DNA from: Nannocystaceae bacterium ST9
GTDB lineage: Bacteria > Myxococcota_A > Polyangia > Nannocystales > Nannocystaceae
Assembly (NCBI GenBank): GCA_048320885.1
Contig: JBLWFJ010000001.1
Coordinates: forward strand, 5,889,697 to 5,953,696
Reading direction: 5' to 3'
DNA: 64,000 bases
Within the stretch, counting starts at the first letter, position 1. Every line of letters starts with the position of its first letter. The notes beneath the pieces were generated by a model. That model did no database searches. It was not told where the DNA came from and worked only from the letters and a program-made list of their open reading frames with translations. The translations under genes were made by a program, and so were the position numbers. Positions 55,384 to 64,000 of this stretch are shown here, piece by piece.

Positions 55384-58296
55384 TCAGGCTCGGCGAGCGC
55401 GGCGACGGACGAGCCCGAGCAGGCCGATCAGCGCGAGGCCGAGTACTCCGGATCCACGCGGCGAGTCGGGCTCGCTGGCGCAGCCGCAGCCGCGCCCGTC
55501 GGGCACCCACAGGGTCGCGTCGCCGGTCTCGCCCGACTCGTCGCCGGTGTCGGTTCCGGTCTCGGTCCCGGTCTCTTCATCGCCCTCGACGATGCAGGCC
55601 GCGCTGCATCCGTCGCCGTCTTGCTCGTTGCCGTCGTCGCACTGCTCGCCGGCCTCGATCAGCGCGTTGCCACACTCGCCCGCGAGCGCGCCGTGCCCGA
55701 CGATGCAGACCTCGTCGATGTTCCAGCCGCCGAACTCGAGCCCGAAGTCCGAGCTCAGCGTGAAGCCGATCTGGACCATGCCGTCGACGACCTGCTCGCC
55801 GATCTCGACGTCGTGAAAGCGCCACTCGCGATCGCGGTGATGCAGGGTCGAGAATTCGTCGAAGCTGGCGACGTTCGTCCAGACCGGGGTGCCGTTGGCG
55901 GTGATCCGGGCTTGATCGAAGAACCCGTCCTCGACGTTGAGCCAGCGCCGGTACTGCAGGCGGACGTGCTGCCAGTCGCCGACGGCGACCGGATCGGCGA
56001 CCAGCGTCGCGCTCGTGCCGGGCGAGTAGGTGCCCGGCTGGGCGAGCGTGTTGCCGGCCACGGCGAGGCCCGCGAAGGGCCCGTCGGGGTCGCCGCTCGC
56101 TCCGACCGGGTTGCCGACCTGGAAGCCGTCGATGGTCCAGCCGCCGGTCTCGCCCTCGCTCTCGAAGCCCGAGCACCAGATCAGGGTCGGCTCGCCGATG
56201 AAGTGCTCGTACCAGGGATCGGCCGGATTGTCGGGCCGCACGCCGACCGTGCCGTTGCCCCAGTCGAGGTCGACTTGGTACTGCACGACCGAGAACTCGG
56301 CCTGCGCGGGGATGGTCGCGTGCCAGCGTCCCTGCGCGTCGACCTGCATGGCCAGCGTCTGGGCCGGGTTGTCGGGCGCGCCCACAGGCGCTCGCACTCG
56401 CCAGCGCACGCTCGGCTGCACGCTGCTCGGGCAGTCGGGGAACGCGTCGCCGACCTCGAGCTCGAGCGCGAGCGCGAAGTCGGGCAGCACCTGCGTGTTC
56501 AGCTGAGTGACGCCGAGCGGCGGCTCGAACAGCCCGTGAGCCGCGAACGCGTCGTTGATCACGCAGGCGTCGGGCGTGCCGTTGGCGAGGTTGCCGTCGT
56601 CGTCGTTGGCCGCGAGCGCCTCGAGGTACATCGAGGGGATGTCGACCGCCCGGCGAATGCCCTCGAACCAGATGTGATCGGTCTTGGCGATCCCGAGCGC
56701 GCCCTGCTCGGCGCGCAGGGCCTCGCGGAGATCCCAGAGCGTGCCGCCGATGATCCGACCCTCGTCGTGGACCTCGCCCTTGTCTTCGGGCCAGTGCCAT
56801 TCGAAGCCCTCGGGATCGAGATCGCGGATCGGCGAGGCGTCGAAGAAGAACCCGATGCCCATCTTCGGATCGTCGACGATCGTCGCGGCCAGGTAGTCGG
56901 CGATGCCCTCGCTGAGCGCTCCGTCGAACACGCCGACGCCGGGGATCAGCGACTGCGTGTGCACCGAGTGGCCGAACTCGTGATAGACGACGTCGGCGAT
57001 CCGGCCCGAGTTCTGACAGCCACCGCCCGACAAGAAGAAGTTGAGCGAGTCGCCGTCGCTGAACGCGTTGCAGACGTCGGCGATGTTGGTCGTGACCTGC
57101 AATTGCTGATCGAGGTAGTCGAAGTCCGGGGCGATCGAGCGCACGCGATCCTTGACCAGCAGCGCGTGCACGTAGGTGTTGAGCTGGGCGTCGAGCTGCT
57201 CGTCTTCGCCGTCGCCCCACAGCACGCTGCTGGCCGGGCTGGCCGTGGTGATCAGCGCGGCGTCGGGGCCCGCGTCGTTCGAAACCGTCACCAGCTGGCC
57301 GTGCGCGCCGAACTCGGCCGCGCTGTTGGCCGCCGCGACCGTGAAGCCGCCGGCCTGATCGGTGAACTGCGGCACGCCGGCGATCTCGACCGACACGCCG
57401 CGGGCCGGAAAGCCGACCCGTGGACCGACCGTGCTGCGCTGCTGGACCTCGAACTGCAGGTTGGCCCACATCAAGGTCGAGCGACGCGCGACCGGGTCGC
57501 CGCTGGCCGCGTCGACGAACACCTGCCAGCGACCGATCGGGCTGGCCAGCGACACCTCGATCATGCGGACCTCGATCAGCTCGATCGCTCCGCTCGCGTG
57601 GATCAGCGGGAGGATCTGGATCGGGCTTGCGATGTCGGCCGAGGTCTGCTCGACGCGGCCACTAGCGAAGTCGTCGGCGATCCAGGTGCGCGCGCCCGCG
57701 ATCGCTCGCTCGGCGTCGACGCTGGCGCTGCGGGCCGCGAGCGTCGGGTGCGGGACCAGCTGCGATCGAACCAGGCTCAGGCGATCGTGGGCGAAGCGAA
57801 GGCTGATCTGGCCGCCGATCACCGGCTTGCCCTGGAAGGTCTGCGCGAACCCGAGGGTCCGGCCCTGGCGATCCTCGACGTCGGCGACCAGCACCAGGTC
57901 GGCGGGATCGATCCCGGGCGCGAGCAACTCGGCGTGCCGCTCGAACAGCTCGCGAGCGAAGCGCTGGGCGTGCTCCGACGAAGCGCTCGCGTGCGCGACG
58001 ATCAGGCCGTGGGGGATCAGCGTGTCGAGGGCTCCGGTGTCGCGATCGAAGCGAGCCCAGACCGGACCGAGCTCCGCCTCGAGCCGCGCGAGCGCCCGCG
58101 ATCGCAGGCCGGTCGGCGGGGCGTCCCACGAGCCGGTTCGAGCGCTCCGCAGCACTCGCGGGGCCTCGAGCTCGAGCGTGTCTCGGCCACGCAGGTGGTC
58201 GGGGGGCTGGATGGCCTCGGCCTCGAGCGATGGGATCAGAACCAACGCCGCAGCAACGAACCCGAGCGCGACAGGAGAACGGTAGCTTCCGAACAT
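55384..58296 (-). CDS. Secreted thermolysin-like (M4-type HExxH...ExxxD) zinc metalloprotease with MYXO-CTERM tag
   Basis: VVYHEFGHSV and GALSEGIADYLA. C-terminus GCGCASEPDSPRGSGVLGLALIGLLGLVRRRARRA. Start MFGSYRSPVALGFVAAALVLIP at complement of 58294..58296. Confidence 0.8.
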   Translation of the reverse strand: MFGSYRSPVALGFVAAALVLIPSLEAEAIQPPDHLRGRDTLELEAPRVLRSARTGSWDAPPTGLRSRALARLEAELGPVWARFDRDTGALDTLIPHGLIVAHASASSEHAQRFARELFERHAELLAPGIDPADLVLVADVEDRQGRTLGFAQTFQGKPVIGGQISLRFAHDRLSLVRSQLVPHPTLAARSASVDAERAIAGARTWIADDFASGRVEQTSADIASPIQILPLIHASGAIELIEVRMIEVSLASPIGRWQVFVDAASGDPVARRSTLMWANLQFEVQQRSTVGPRVGFPARGVSVEIAGVPQFTDQAGGFTVAAANSAAEFGAHGQLVTVSNDAGPDAALITTASPASSVLWGDGEDEQLDAQLNTYVHALLVKDRVRSIAPDFDYLDQQLQVTTNIADVCNAFSDGDSLNFFLSGGGCQNSGRIADVVYHEFGHSVHTQSLIPGVGVFDGALSEGIADYLAATIVDDPKMGIGFFFDASPIRDLDPEGFEWHWPEDKGEVHDEGRIIGGTLWDLREALRAEQGALGIAKTDHIWFEGIRRAVDIPSMYLEALAANDDDGNLANGTPDACVINDAFAAHGLFEPPLGVTQLNTQVLPDFALALELEVGDAFPDCPSSVQPSVRWRVRAPVGAPDNPAQTLAMQVDAQGRWHATIPAQAEFSVVQYQVDLDWGNGTVGVRPDNPADPWYEHFIGEPTLIWCSGFESEGETGGWTIDGFQVGNPVGASGDPDGPFAGLAVAGNTLAQPGTYSPGTSATLVADPVAVGDWQHVRLQYRRWLNVEDGFFDQARITANGTPVWTNVASFDEFSTLHHRDREWRFHDVEIGEQVVDGMVQIGFTLSSDFGLEFGGWNIDEVCIVGHGALAGECGNALIEAGEQCDDGNEQDGDGCSAACIVEGDEETGTETGTDTGDESGETGDATLWVPDGRGCGCASEPDSPRGSGVLGLALIGLLGLVRRRARRA

Positions 58297-58428
58297 GGTA
58301 AAGCTGGCAAAAGTGTACCGACGTTCGCGGAGTTTGCCCAGGCTTCCATGTCCATCCGCGCGGGATCTTTTGCCTTCCAAGCCTTCGTGCCGCGCTTGCC
58401 TTCGATCGATCACTCGATCGGGCGAGGT

Positions 58429-59172
58429 CTACGCCTTGCGGCGCTCGACGTAGTCCTCGGCGATGTCGACGATCGCCTGCAGGGCCCCGTGCAGCTCCAG
58501 CTCGCGGGCTGCGACGCGCTGACGAAAGATCCGGCGCGCCAGCATCCAGACGCCCGAGAGCCACAGCCCCATGCCCAGGGGGATCATCGCGGGCCCTCCG
58601 ATCGCCACCAGTGGAACGAGCGGGACCAGCGAGCCGGCAGCACCCACGCCGCCGAACAATCCACCGAACATCGCCTGGACCAGCTGATCGAGCTTCTCTT
58701 CGATGCGGATCCGCGTGCGACCCGATCGCGGGACCACGGTCAGCGAGATGGTTCGCGCCCAGCCGGGCCGCGCTCGACCGTGCACGGGCAGCGCGACCCA
58801 GGTCAGCGAGCGACCGATCAGCGAGGCGACCCCGAGCTCGCCGGTGTGCCGGCGGACCGCCTCGATCACGTACTCGTAGGCCGGCACCGGGATCTCGCCC
58901 TCGAGCGTCAGCTCGATCAGGATCGTCCGCGGTCCGCCGATCCACGGCGAGGCTCGATCGCGGCGAGCCTGCCTCATGACCAGCTCGGCCGCGGCTCGGC
59001 GCACGTGCACGGGCTCGATCCCGGCCGAGTCGGCGGCCTCGACCAGCTCGCCGAGGCTCATGCGTCGCACGTCGCTGGCTTGCCGCTGCAAGTCGGCGGC
59101 GCGCTCGAGGATCTGGGCGGCCTCGTTCTCCTGGAAGCGATGCTCGTGGCGGCGGCCCGGAGAACTCGACAT
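58429..59172 (-). CDS. Hypothetical membrane protein
   Basis: Soluble N-terminal half, Gly-rich C-terminal TM hairpin. Confidence 0.4.
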   Translation of the reverse strand: MSSSPGRRHEHRFQENEAAQILERAADLQRQASDVRRMSLGELVEAADSAGIEPVHVRRAAAELVMRQARRDRASPWIGGPRTILIELTLEGEIPVPAYEYVIEAVRRHTGELGVASLIGRSLTWVALPVHGRARPGWARTISLTVVPRSGRTRIRIEEKLDQLVQAMFGGLFGGVGAAGSLVPLVPLVAIGGPAMIPLGMGLWLSGVWMLARRIFRQRVAARELELHGALQAIVDIAEDYVERRKA

Positions 59173-59175
59173 GCG

Positions 59176-59892
59176 TCAACCTGCAACGCGGGGGAACATC
59201 AGCTCGATCTCCAGTCGCACGCGATCTTCGGCCAGCTCCGCGGCCATGCCCTCGTAGTCGATGCCGAACGCCTTGGCGCTGATGTCGAGGACCGCGGAGC
59301 CGACGACCTGAGTGGGCCCGACCTCGAGCGTGGCCGGGAAGTCCAGCGTACGCTCGACCCCGTGCAGGTGCATGGTCCCGCGCACGCGATGGGTGCCTTC
59401 GTCGTCGTCGGCCATCGGCTCGATGCTCTGCGCGGTGAAGGTGGCCGTAGGGAATTTGTCCACGTCGAAGAAGTCGGGGCCCTTGAGGTGCTCGGTCAGC
59501 CCGTGCTGATCGGCCGCGACCGAGCCGGTTCGGACGACGATCTCGAGCGCGACCGGCTTGCCGTCTTGCAACGTGAGGTTCGCGGTGAAGCGAGCGAAGT
59601 GCCCGATGTGGCCGATCGTCGCGCGCGCGACCGCGAAGCCGACCGAGCTGTGATCCCGGTCGGCGCTCAGCAATTCCTGACCGGGCAGCGGCTCCGCAGG
59701 AGGCGCCTGCTCGACGATCTCGCCCTCGTCGGTGGTCTCGCTCGCGGGCCCAGACCCGCCGGTGGTCGTGGTCGAAGTCGAGGTCGGGAGATCGGCGGGC
59801 TCGGACGCGGTCGTGACCTCGCTCGGCCCTTTGGGACAGGCGCTCAGGACCACGACCAGCATCGACGAGAGCAGGGAGCTGCGCAGCGGCAT
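59176..59892 (-). CDS. YceI-like family lipoprotein
   Basis: DRDHSSVGFAVARATIGHIGHFARF...HLHGVERTLDFPATLEV matches the YceI polyisoprenoid-binding fold. Confidence 0.75.
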   Translation of the reverse strand: MPLRSSLLSSMLVVVLSACPKGPSEVTTASEPADLPTSTSTTTTGGSGPASETTDEGEIVEQAPPAEPLPGQELLSADRDHSSVGFAVARATIGHIGHFARFTANLTLQDGKPVALEIVVRTGSVAADQHGLTEHLKGPDFFDVDKFPTATFTAQSIEPMADDDEGTHRVRGTMHLHGVERTLDFPATLEVGPTQVVGSAVLDISAKAFGIDYEGMAAELAEDRVRLEIELMFPRVAG

Positions 59893-59990
59893 GGCCCGAC
59901 TCTATCGCGCGCACGAGCCTCCGGGCGGGCGAGAAAATCTTTCGCCACGCCACCATCGCCGGGACTTCGTGCCACACTCCCGCGCGAGCG

Positions 59991-60284
59991 ATGCTTCAAC
60001 AGATCAAGCTGCACACCTTCGCGAAGGACGGCGAGTGGGAGCAAGTCGACTCGTACTGGGGCAGCCCCTTCTACTTCTGGGAGCGCTCCGGGGTCCGCAT
60101 CTCGCCGCCCGTGCCCGTTCGGGTTCGCGCGCTCGGTCGCGTGGTCTACGAGTCGAATGAAGGCCGCGCCGTGATCGGCGGGTTCTCGTCGATGTTCATC
60201 CACATCGTCGAGGCCCGCGGTCGCAAGGGCGACACCGTGCGGGTCGAGATCGGCGAGCCGCTCGAGCGCGAGGCCGACGACTGA
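59991..60284 (+). CDS. Hypothetical small protein
   Basis: 97 aa with balanced composition, in the gap between convergent genes. Confidence 0.35.
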   Translation: MLQQIKLHTFAKDGEWEQVDSYWGSPFYFWERSGVRISPPVPVRVRALGRVVYESNEGRAVIGGFSSMFIHIVEARGRKGDTVRVEIGEPLEREADD

Positions 60285-62678
60285 TCAATCGACGTAGCGG
60301 TTGAGATCGAAGCGGCCCGCGTGCAGCGGATCGCCGGCGTCGAACTGCTGCTGAAACCAGTCGTAGGTCGCCCAGAAGTTCGGGTCGTCGCGCTCGATCC
60401 CGAACTCGGCCAGCGCGACGCGAGCCGCGGGTCCGCCGTCGAAGTCGGTCAACATCGCGAAGAACTCGGGCAGGCGATCGGCCTCGACGTCGAAGAAGTA
60501 GTTGGGATACGAGCCGAGGCTGCCGGGCTGGACGTGCAGGGTGTCCTTGTTCGGGTCGAGCCGCTTGGTCTCGAGCAGCAGCGAGTTCACGTTGTCGTGC
60601 CAGCGATTGACGATCAGCGTGTACACGCGATCGTGGCCGGCGAGGCCGCGGACGCGCAGGTAGATCAGGTTGACGTCGGTGTCGGTGACGTGGCGGATGA
60701 ACCCGGTCCCGGCCGCGTTCAGAGCCCGCAGCCCGGCGCGCAGATCGGCTTCGTCGTCGAATTGCTCGGGCATCGCCGGCGCGGCCTGGTCGGCCCGGCG
60801 ATAGTTGAGCGGGTCGAACTCGATGGCCAGCGCGGGGTCGAAGTGGGCGTCGACCAGGCGCTCGAGCAGCTCGCGCTTGGGGTCGTCGGTGTGAAACTCG
60901 ATCTCGGTCGCGCGATCGGTCAGCACGCCGCGATGATCGATGTGCTCGATCGCCCGCACGCCCTGATACCACTCGCGCAGGATCGGCAGGCGCTCGTCCG
61001 GAGGCAGGAAGTAGAGAAAATTCAATTCGGCGTCGGCGCGCAGATAGTCCATGTAGCGGCGCACGCTGATCTGGTGGCTGACGTTGCCGAACACGTCGAA
61101 GCCGGCGACCAGCGCGTAGTAGACCCGTTCGAATTGCGCATAGTCGCATAGCCACACGGTCCGCGGCAGATCGCCGAGCGCCCCGGCGTGGACCGACGCG
61201 CTGTCGAAGTGGCGATAGATGGTCAGCAGCGGGGTGTCGCCCTCGCGCTCGCCCGCCCAGATCCCGTCGATGTCGAGCCCGCCGGGGACCCGCTCGTCGT
61301 AGAGCGCGACCTTGGCCCGATAGAAGTCGGCGTAGCGCTTGCGATAGGCGACGCCGAGCACCCGGACGATCCGGCCGTCGCTGCCCCGCTCGATCGGCAT
61401 GCGCAGGTTGTCGGCCTGGCCGAGCAGGAACTCGGGGTCGCTCAGGGTCGGATCGGCGTCGGGATCCATGAAGGTCACCCAGAAGTGCTCGTGGATCACG
61501 TTGAGCGCGACCTGGCCCTTGCAGACCGGGCCTTGAATGAAGGTCTGCATGATGTAATGGGAGTGATCGAGCATGAATTGATAGCGGACGCGCGGCGGGA
61601 TCTGGGCATAGACGACGAAGGGGTTGGCCTCGGTCCGCGGATCGACCTCGACCCAATGCGGGGGCTCGAGCCAGGGCGTGGCGATGAATTGTTCGGTCAG
61701 CCGGGCGAGCGCGGCGTCGTCGAGCGCGACGACCATGTGGGTCTTGTGGACGATCGTCGAATGAATCTTGCGCAGGCGATACCAGAAATCGCCGTCGATC
61801 GAATCATAGGGGCGCAGGGTCGGGATCACGACGATCGGCTGGCCGGGCGGCGTCGACGAGCGGACCAGTTCGAAGAACTCGGGCGCCCCGTCGGCGGCCG
61901 AGGTCGCGAAGCTCAGGTGGGCCAAGAACAGGTGCTCGTAGAGATAGCGAGCCGTCATCGCGTGCTTGGCATCGCCATGGTTGAAGAACGCCTCCCAGGT
62001 CGCAATCGCCTGCGCGGCCGCGGACGAGGGCTCGGTCCGGGCGCGCTGCTCGTCGGCGCTCGGGCCCTCGGCGCCGCGGGCCAGCCAGGTCGCGATCAGG
62101 TCGTACTCGGCTTGCGAGAGCGCCGGAAATCCGAACGGCATCGCGCGATTGGGGTGTCGGCTCAGGTAGCGGCCGAGCTCGTCGGGATCTTCGGCGCAGG
62201 TCGAATCGCGCGACTCGGCCTGGTACTCGCCGCGGATCTCGGGTGAGCGCCGCTTGCCGGCCAGCACGTGCAGCATCAGCGAGTCGTTCGTGCCCGGCGG
62301 AGCCCGGCTCTCGGTCACCGAATGAAACGACTTGCCTCGCCATTGTTCGGTCGAGGTGGCGTCGGTGAAGAGTCGAGTCGGGGCCTGGTCGCGCAGTCGG
62401 GTCCCGTCGTAGACCCGCAGCTTGCTGGCGCCTCGATCGACGCCTTCGAAGGAGCCGAGCTGGAGCTGACAGGGCGCGTTGTAACAGGAGTGACAGACGA
62501 CACAGCGCTTGGCGAGGATCGGCTCGACGTCGGCGACATAGCCGACCGGCCGGTCGAGTTCGACGACATGCACGGGCGGTGGGGCTCGAACACAACCAAT
62601 CAGCAGCAGCGCGAGAGCGATCGCGTGCCAGGCCCGGGCGTGAAGCGGGCGAGCACACGCATCCTCTGCTTTCGACAT
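60285..62678 (-). CDS. cti: Fatty acid cis/trans isomerase (Cti family, heme CXXCH)
   Basis: Signal peptide. CVVCHSC heme-binding motif near the N-terminus. 797 aa with blocks typical of Cti (...WLARGAEGP..., ...FLYFLPPDERL...). Confidence 0.7.
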   Translation of the reverse strand: MSKAEDACARPLHARAWHAIALALLLIGCVRAPPPVHVVELDRPVGYVADVEPILAKRCVVCHSCYNAPCQLQLGSFEGVDRGASKLRVYDGTRLRDQAPTRLFTDATSTEQWRGKSFHSVTESRAPPGTNDSLMLHVLAGKRRSPEIRGEYQAESRDSTCAEDPDELGRYLSRHPNRAMPFGFPALSQAEYDLIATWLARGAEGPSADEQRARTEPSSAAAQAIATWEAFFNHGDAKHAMTARYLYEHLFLAHLSFATSAADGAPEFFELVRSSTPPGQPIVVIPTLRPYDSIDGDFWYRLRKIHSTIVHKTHMVVALDDAALARLTEQFIATPWLEPPHWVEVDPRTEANPFVVYAQIPPRVRYQFMLDHSHYIMQTFIQGPVCKGQVALNVIHEHFWVTFMDPDADPTLSDPEFLLGQADNLRMPIERGSDGRIVRVLGVAYRKRYADFYRAKVALYDERVPGGLDIDGIWAGEREGDTPLLTIYRHFDSASVHAGALGDLPRTVWLCDYAQFERVYYALVAGFDVFGNVSHQISVRRYMDYLRADAELNFLYFLPPDERLPILREWYQGVRAIEHIDHRGVLTDRATEIEFHTDDPKRELLERLVDAHFDPALAIEFDPLNYRRADQAAPAMPEQFDDEADLRAGLRALNAAGTGFIRHVTDTDVNLIYLRVRGLAGHDRVYTLIVNRWHDNVNSLLLETKRLDPNKDTLHVQPGSLGSYPNYFFDVEADRLPEFFAMLTDFDGGPAARVALAEFGIERDDPNFWATYDWFQQQFDAGDPLHAGRFDLNRYVD

Positions 62679-62783
62679 CGTCGGCCAGAGTGCGGTCCGA
62701 TGGGCCGAGTCCGCAAGTCATGCGTATTCGGCAGTTTTTGCCGGCGGTGTCGTTCGAGCGGCGTGATAAGTCCTTCGGACCGC

Positions 62784-64000
62784 ATGGGATCCGCGCTCGA
62801 GAGTCTCGTCATCGGTCTGGACATCGGCTCGACGACCGTGAAGGCCGTCGTCATCGATCGTCAGAGCTTCGCGATCCTCTGGCACGACTATCAGCGCCAC
62901 CACACCAAGCAGCCCGAGAAGGTGCTCGAGCTGCTGAGCGCGGCCGGCCAGCGCTTCGACCTGGTCGGCTGCCCGATCTTCGTGACCGGATCGGGCGCAG
63001 GACCGCTGGCCGAGCCGCTCGGGGCCAAGTTCGTGCAAGAGGTCAACGCGGTCAGCCTGGCGGTCGAGCGCCTGCACCCCGACGTCCGCTCGATCATCGA
63101 GCTCGGCGGACAAGACGCCAAGATCATCGTCTACAAGGAAGATCAGCACGGCAACCGGACCGCCAACCCCTCGATGAACGACAAGTGCGCGTCGGGGACC
63201 GGCGCGACGATCGACAAGTGCATGGTCAAGGTCGGCGCCGAGCCGGGCTTCGCCAACTCGCTGCACTTCAGCACCCACGCCCTGCACCACGTCGCGGCCA
63301 AGTGTGGGGTGTTCGCCGAGACCGACATCGTCAACCTGGTCAAGACCGGCGTGCCCAAGGACGAGGTGCTCAACTCGCTGGCCGACGCGATCGTGCTGCA
63401 GAACCTCTCGGTCCTGACCCGCGGCAGCACGCTCAAGGGCAAGGTCGTGCTGCTCGGCGGACCCAACAAGTACCTGCCCTTCTTGCAGGAGTGCTGGCGG
63501 CTGCGGATCCCCGAGACCTGGCGCGACCGCGGCTACGATCCGCCGGCCGGGCTCTCGCTCGACGAGCTGATCTTCGTGCCCGACAACGCCGAGCTCTACG
63601 CCGCGTTCGGGGCGGCCTGCTACGGGATCAGCCTGGGTGGCAGCCTGACCGACGACGCCCGCTTTCGCGGTACCGCGCCGCTGGTCGAGTTCATGGCCAA
63701 GGGTCGGCGAGCGCGGCTCGGCGACACCGCCGGTCCGCCGCTGGCGGCCGATCCGGCCGAGCGCGCCGCGTTCGTCGAGTCCTACCGGATCCCGAAATTC
63801 GACCCGCCCAAGCTGGCCCCGGGCGAGGTCGTGCGCGCGGTGATCGGGCTCGACGGCGGCTCGACCTCGTCGAAGGCCGTGCTGGTCCGCGAGGACGGCG
63901 AGATTCTGGCCAAGGCCTACCAGCTCTCGAAGGGCAACCCGATCGTCGACGCCCAGGATCTGCTCGCGTCGATCCGCGAGCAGATCGAGAGCCAGGGCGC
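62784..64000 (+). CDS. BadF/BadG/BcrA/BcrD-type ATPase (2-hydroxyacyl-CoA dehydratase activator-like, tandem ATPase domains), 5' partial
   Basis: LVIGLDIGSTTVKAVVI and a second VIGLDGGSTSSKAVLV acetate/sugar-kinase-fold ATPase motif. Runs off the window end. Confidence 0.7.
   Translation, partial: MGSALESLVIGLDIGSTTVKAVVIDRQSFAILWHDYQRHHTKQPEKVLELLSAAGQRFDLVGCPIFVTGSGAGPLAEPLGAKFVQEVNAVSLAVERLHPDVRSIIELGGQDAKIIVYKEDQHGNRTANPSMNDKCASGTGATIDKCMVKVGAEPGFANSLHFSTHALHHVAAKCGVFAETDIVNLVKTGVPKDEVLNSLADAIVLQNLSVLTRGSTLKGKVVLLGGPNKYLPFLQECWRLRIPETWRDRGYDPPAGLSLDELIFVPDNAELYAAFGAACYGISLGGSLTDDARFRGTAPLVEFMAKGRRARLGDTAGPPLAADPAERAAFVESYRIPKFDPPKLAPGEVVRAVIGLDGGSTSSKAVLVREDGEILAKAYQLSKGNPIVDAQDLLASIREQIESQG

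Noticed and set aside
53899-60174. 2091-aa plus-strand ORF, the longest in the track
   Set aside because: Translation is R/A/G/D-rich low complexity. It is antisense to five well-supported minus-strand genes (lipoprotein, PLC-like, M4 protease, membrane protein, YceI). It is a classic GC-rich antisense artefact.

Overview
This 64 kb window is very GC-rich and densely coding. Two secreted proteases (6819..8273 and 55384..58296) end in MYXO-CTERM sorting tags, which points to a myxobacterium (Myxococcota); the exact genus is unknown. I called about 55 coding genes, a four-gene tRNA cluster on the minus strand, three intrinsic-terminator hairpins and two in-frame coding tandem repeats. I found no CRISPR array, no rRNA and no transposase.

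Genes present include mutL, miaA, accA, trpS, an M16 peptidase pair, an M48 peptidase, a rhomboid protease, a Ser/Thr kinase with TPR repeats, and a FIST/GAF-STAS signalling pair. There is also an auto-inhibited Fic AMPylase, a heme-type fatty-acid cis/trans isomerase, and a secretome of Cys-rich lipoproteins, proteases and a PLC-like enzyme.

The strongest candidate for a previously unannotated system is at 46854..51991. A lipoprotein there carries an iodothyronine-deiodinase-like active site, FGSFS-U-PPF, in which the U is an in-frame TGA (51092..51094). That protein is fused to a CGAC thioredoxin domain. It sits next to an FAD aromatic-hydroxylase-type monooxygenase and a Rieske oxygenase/NAD-dependent reductase pair; that pair resembles bacterial sterol C-4 demethylase SdmA/SdmB. 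An ORF caller splits the deiodinase gene at the TGA and would miss the selenoprotein.

Many long ORFs in the supplied track are antisense or out-of-frame artefacts of the high GC content (R/A/G-rich translations) and were rejected.
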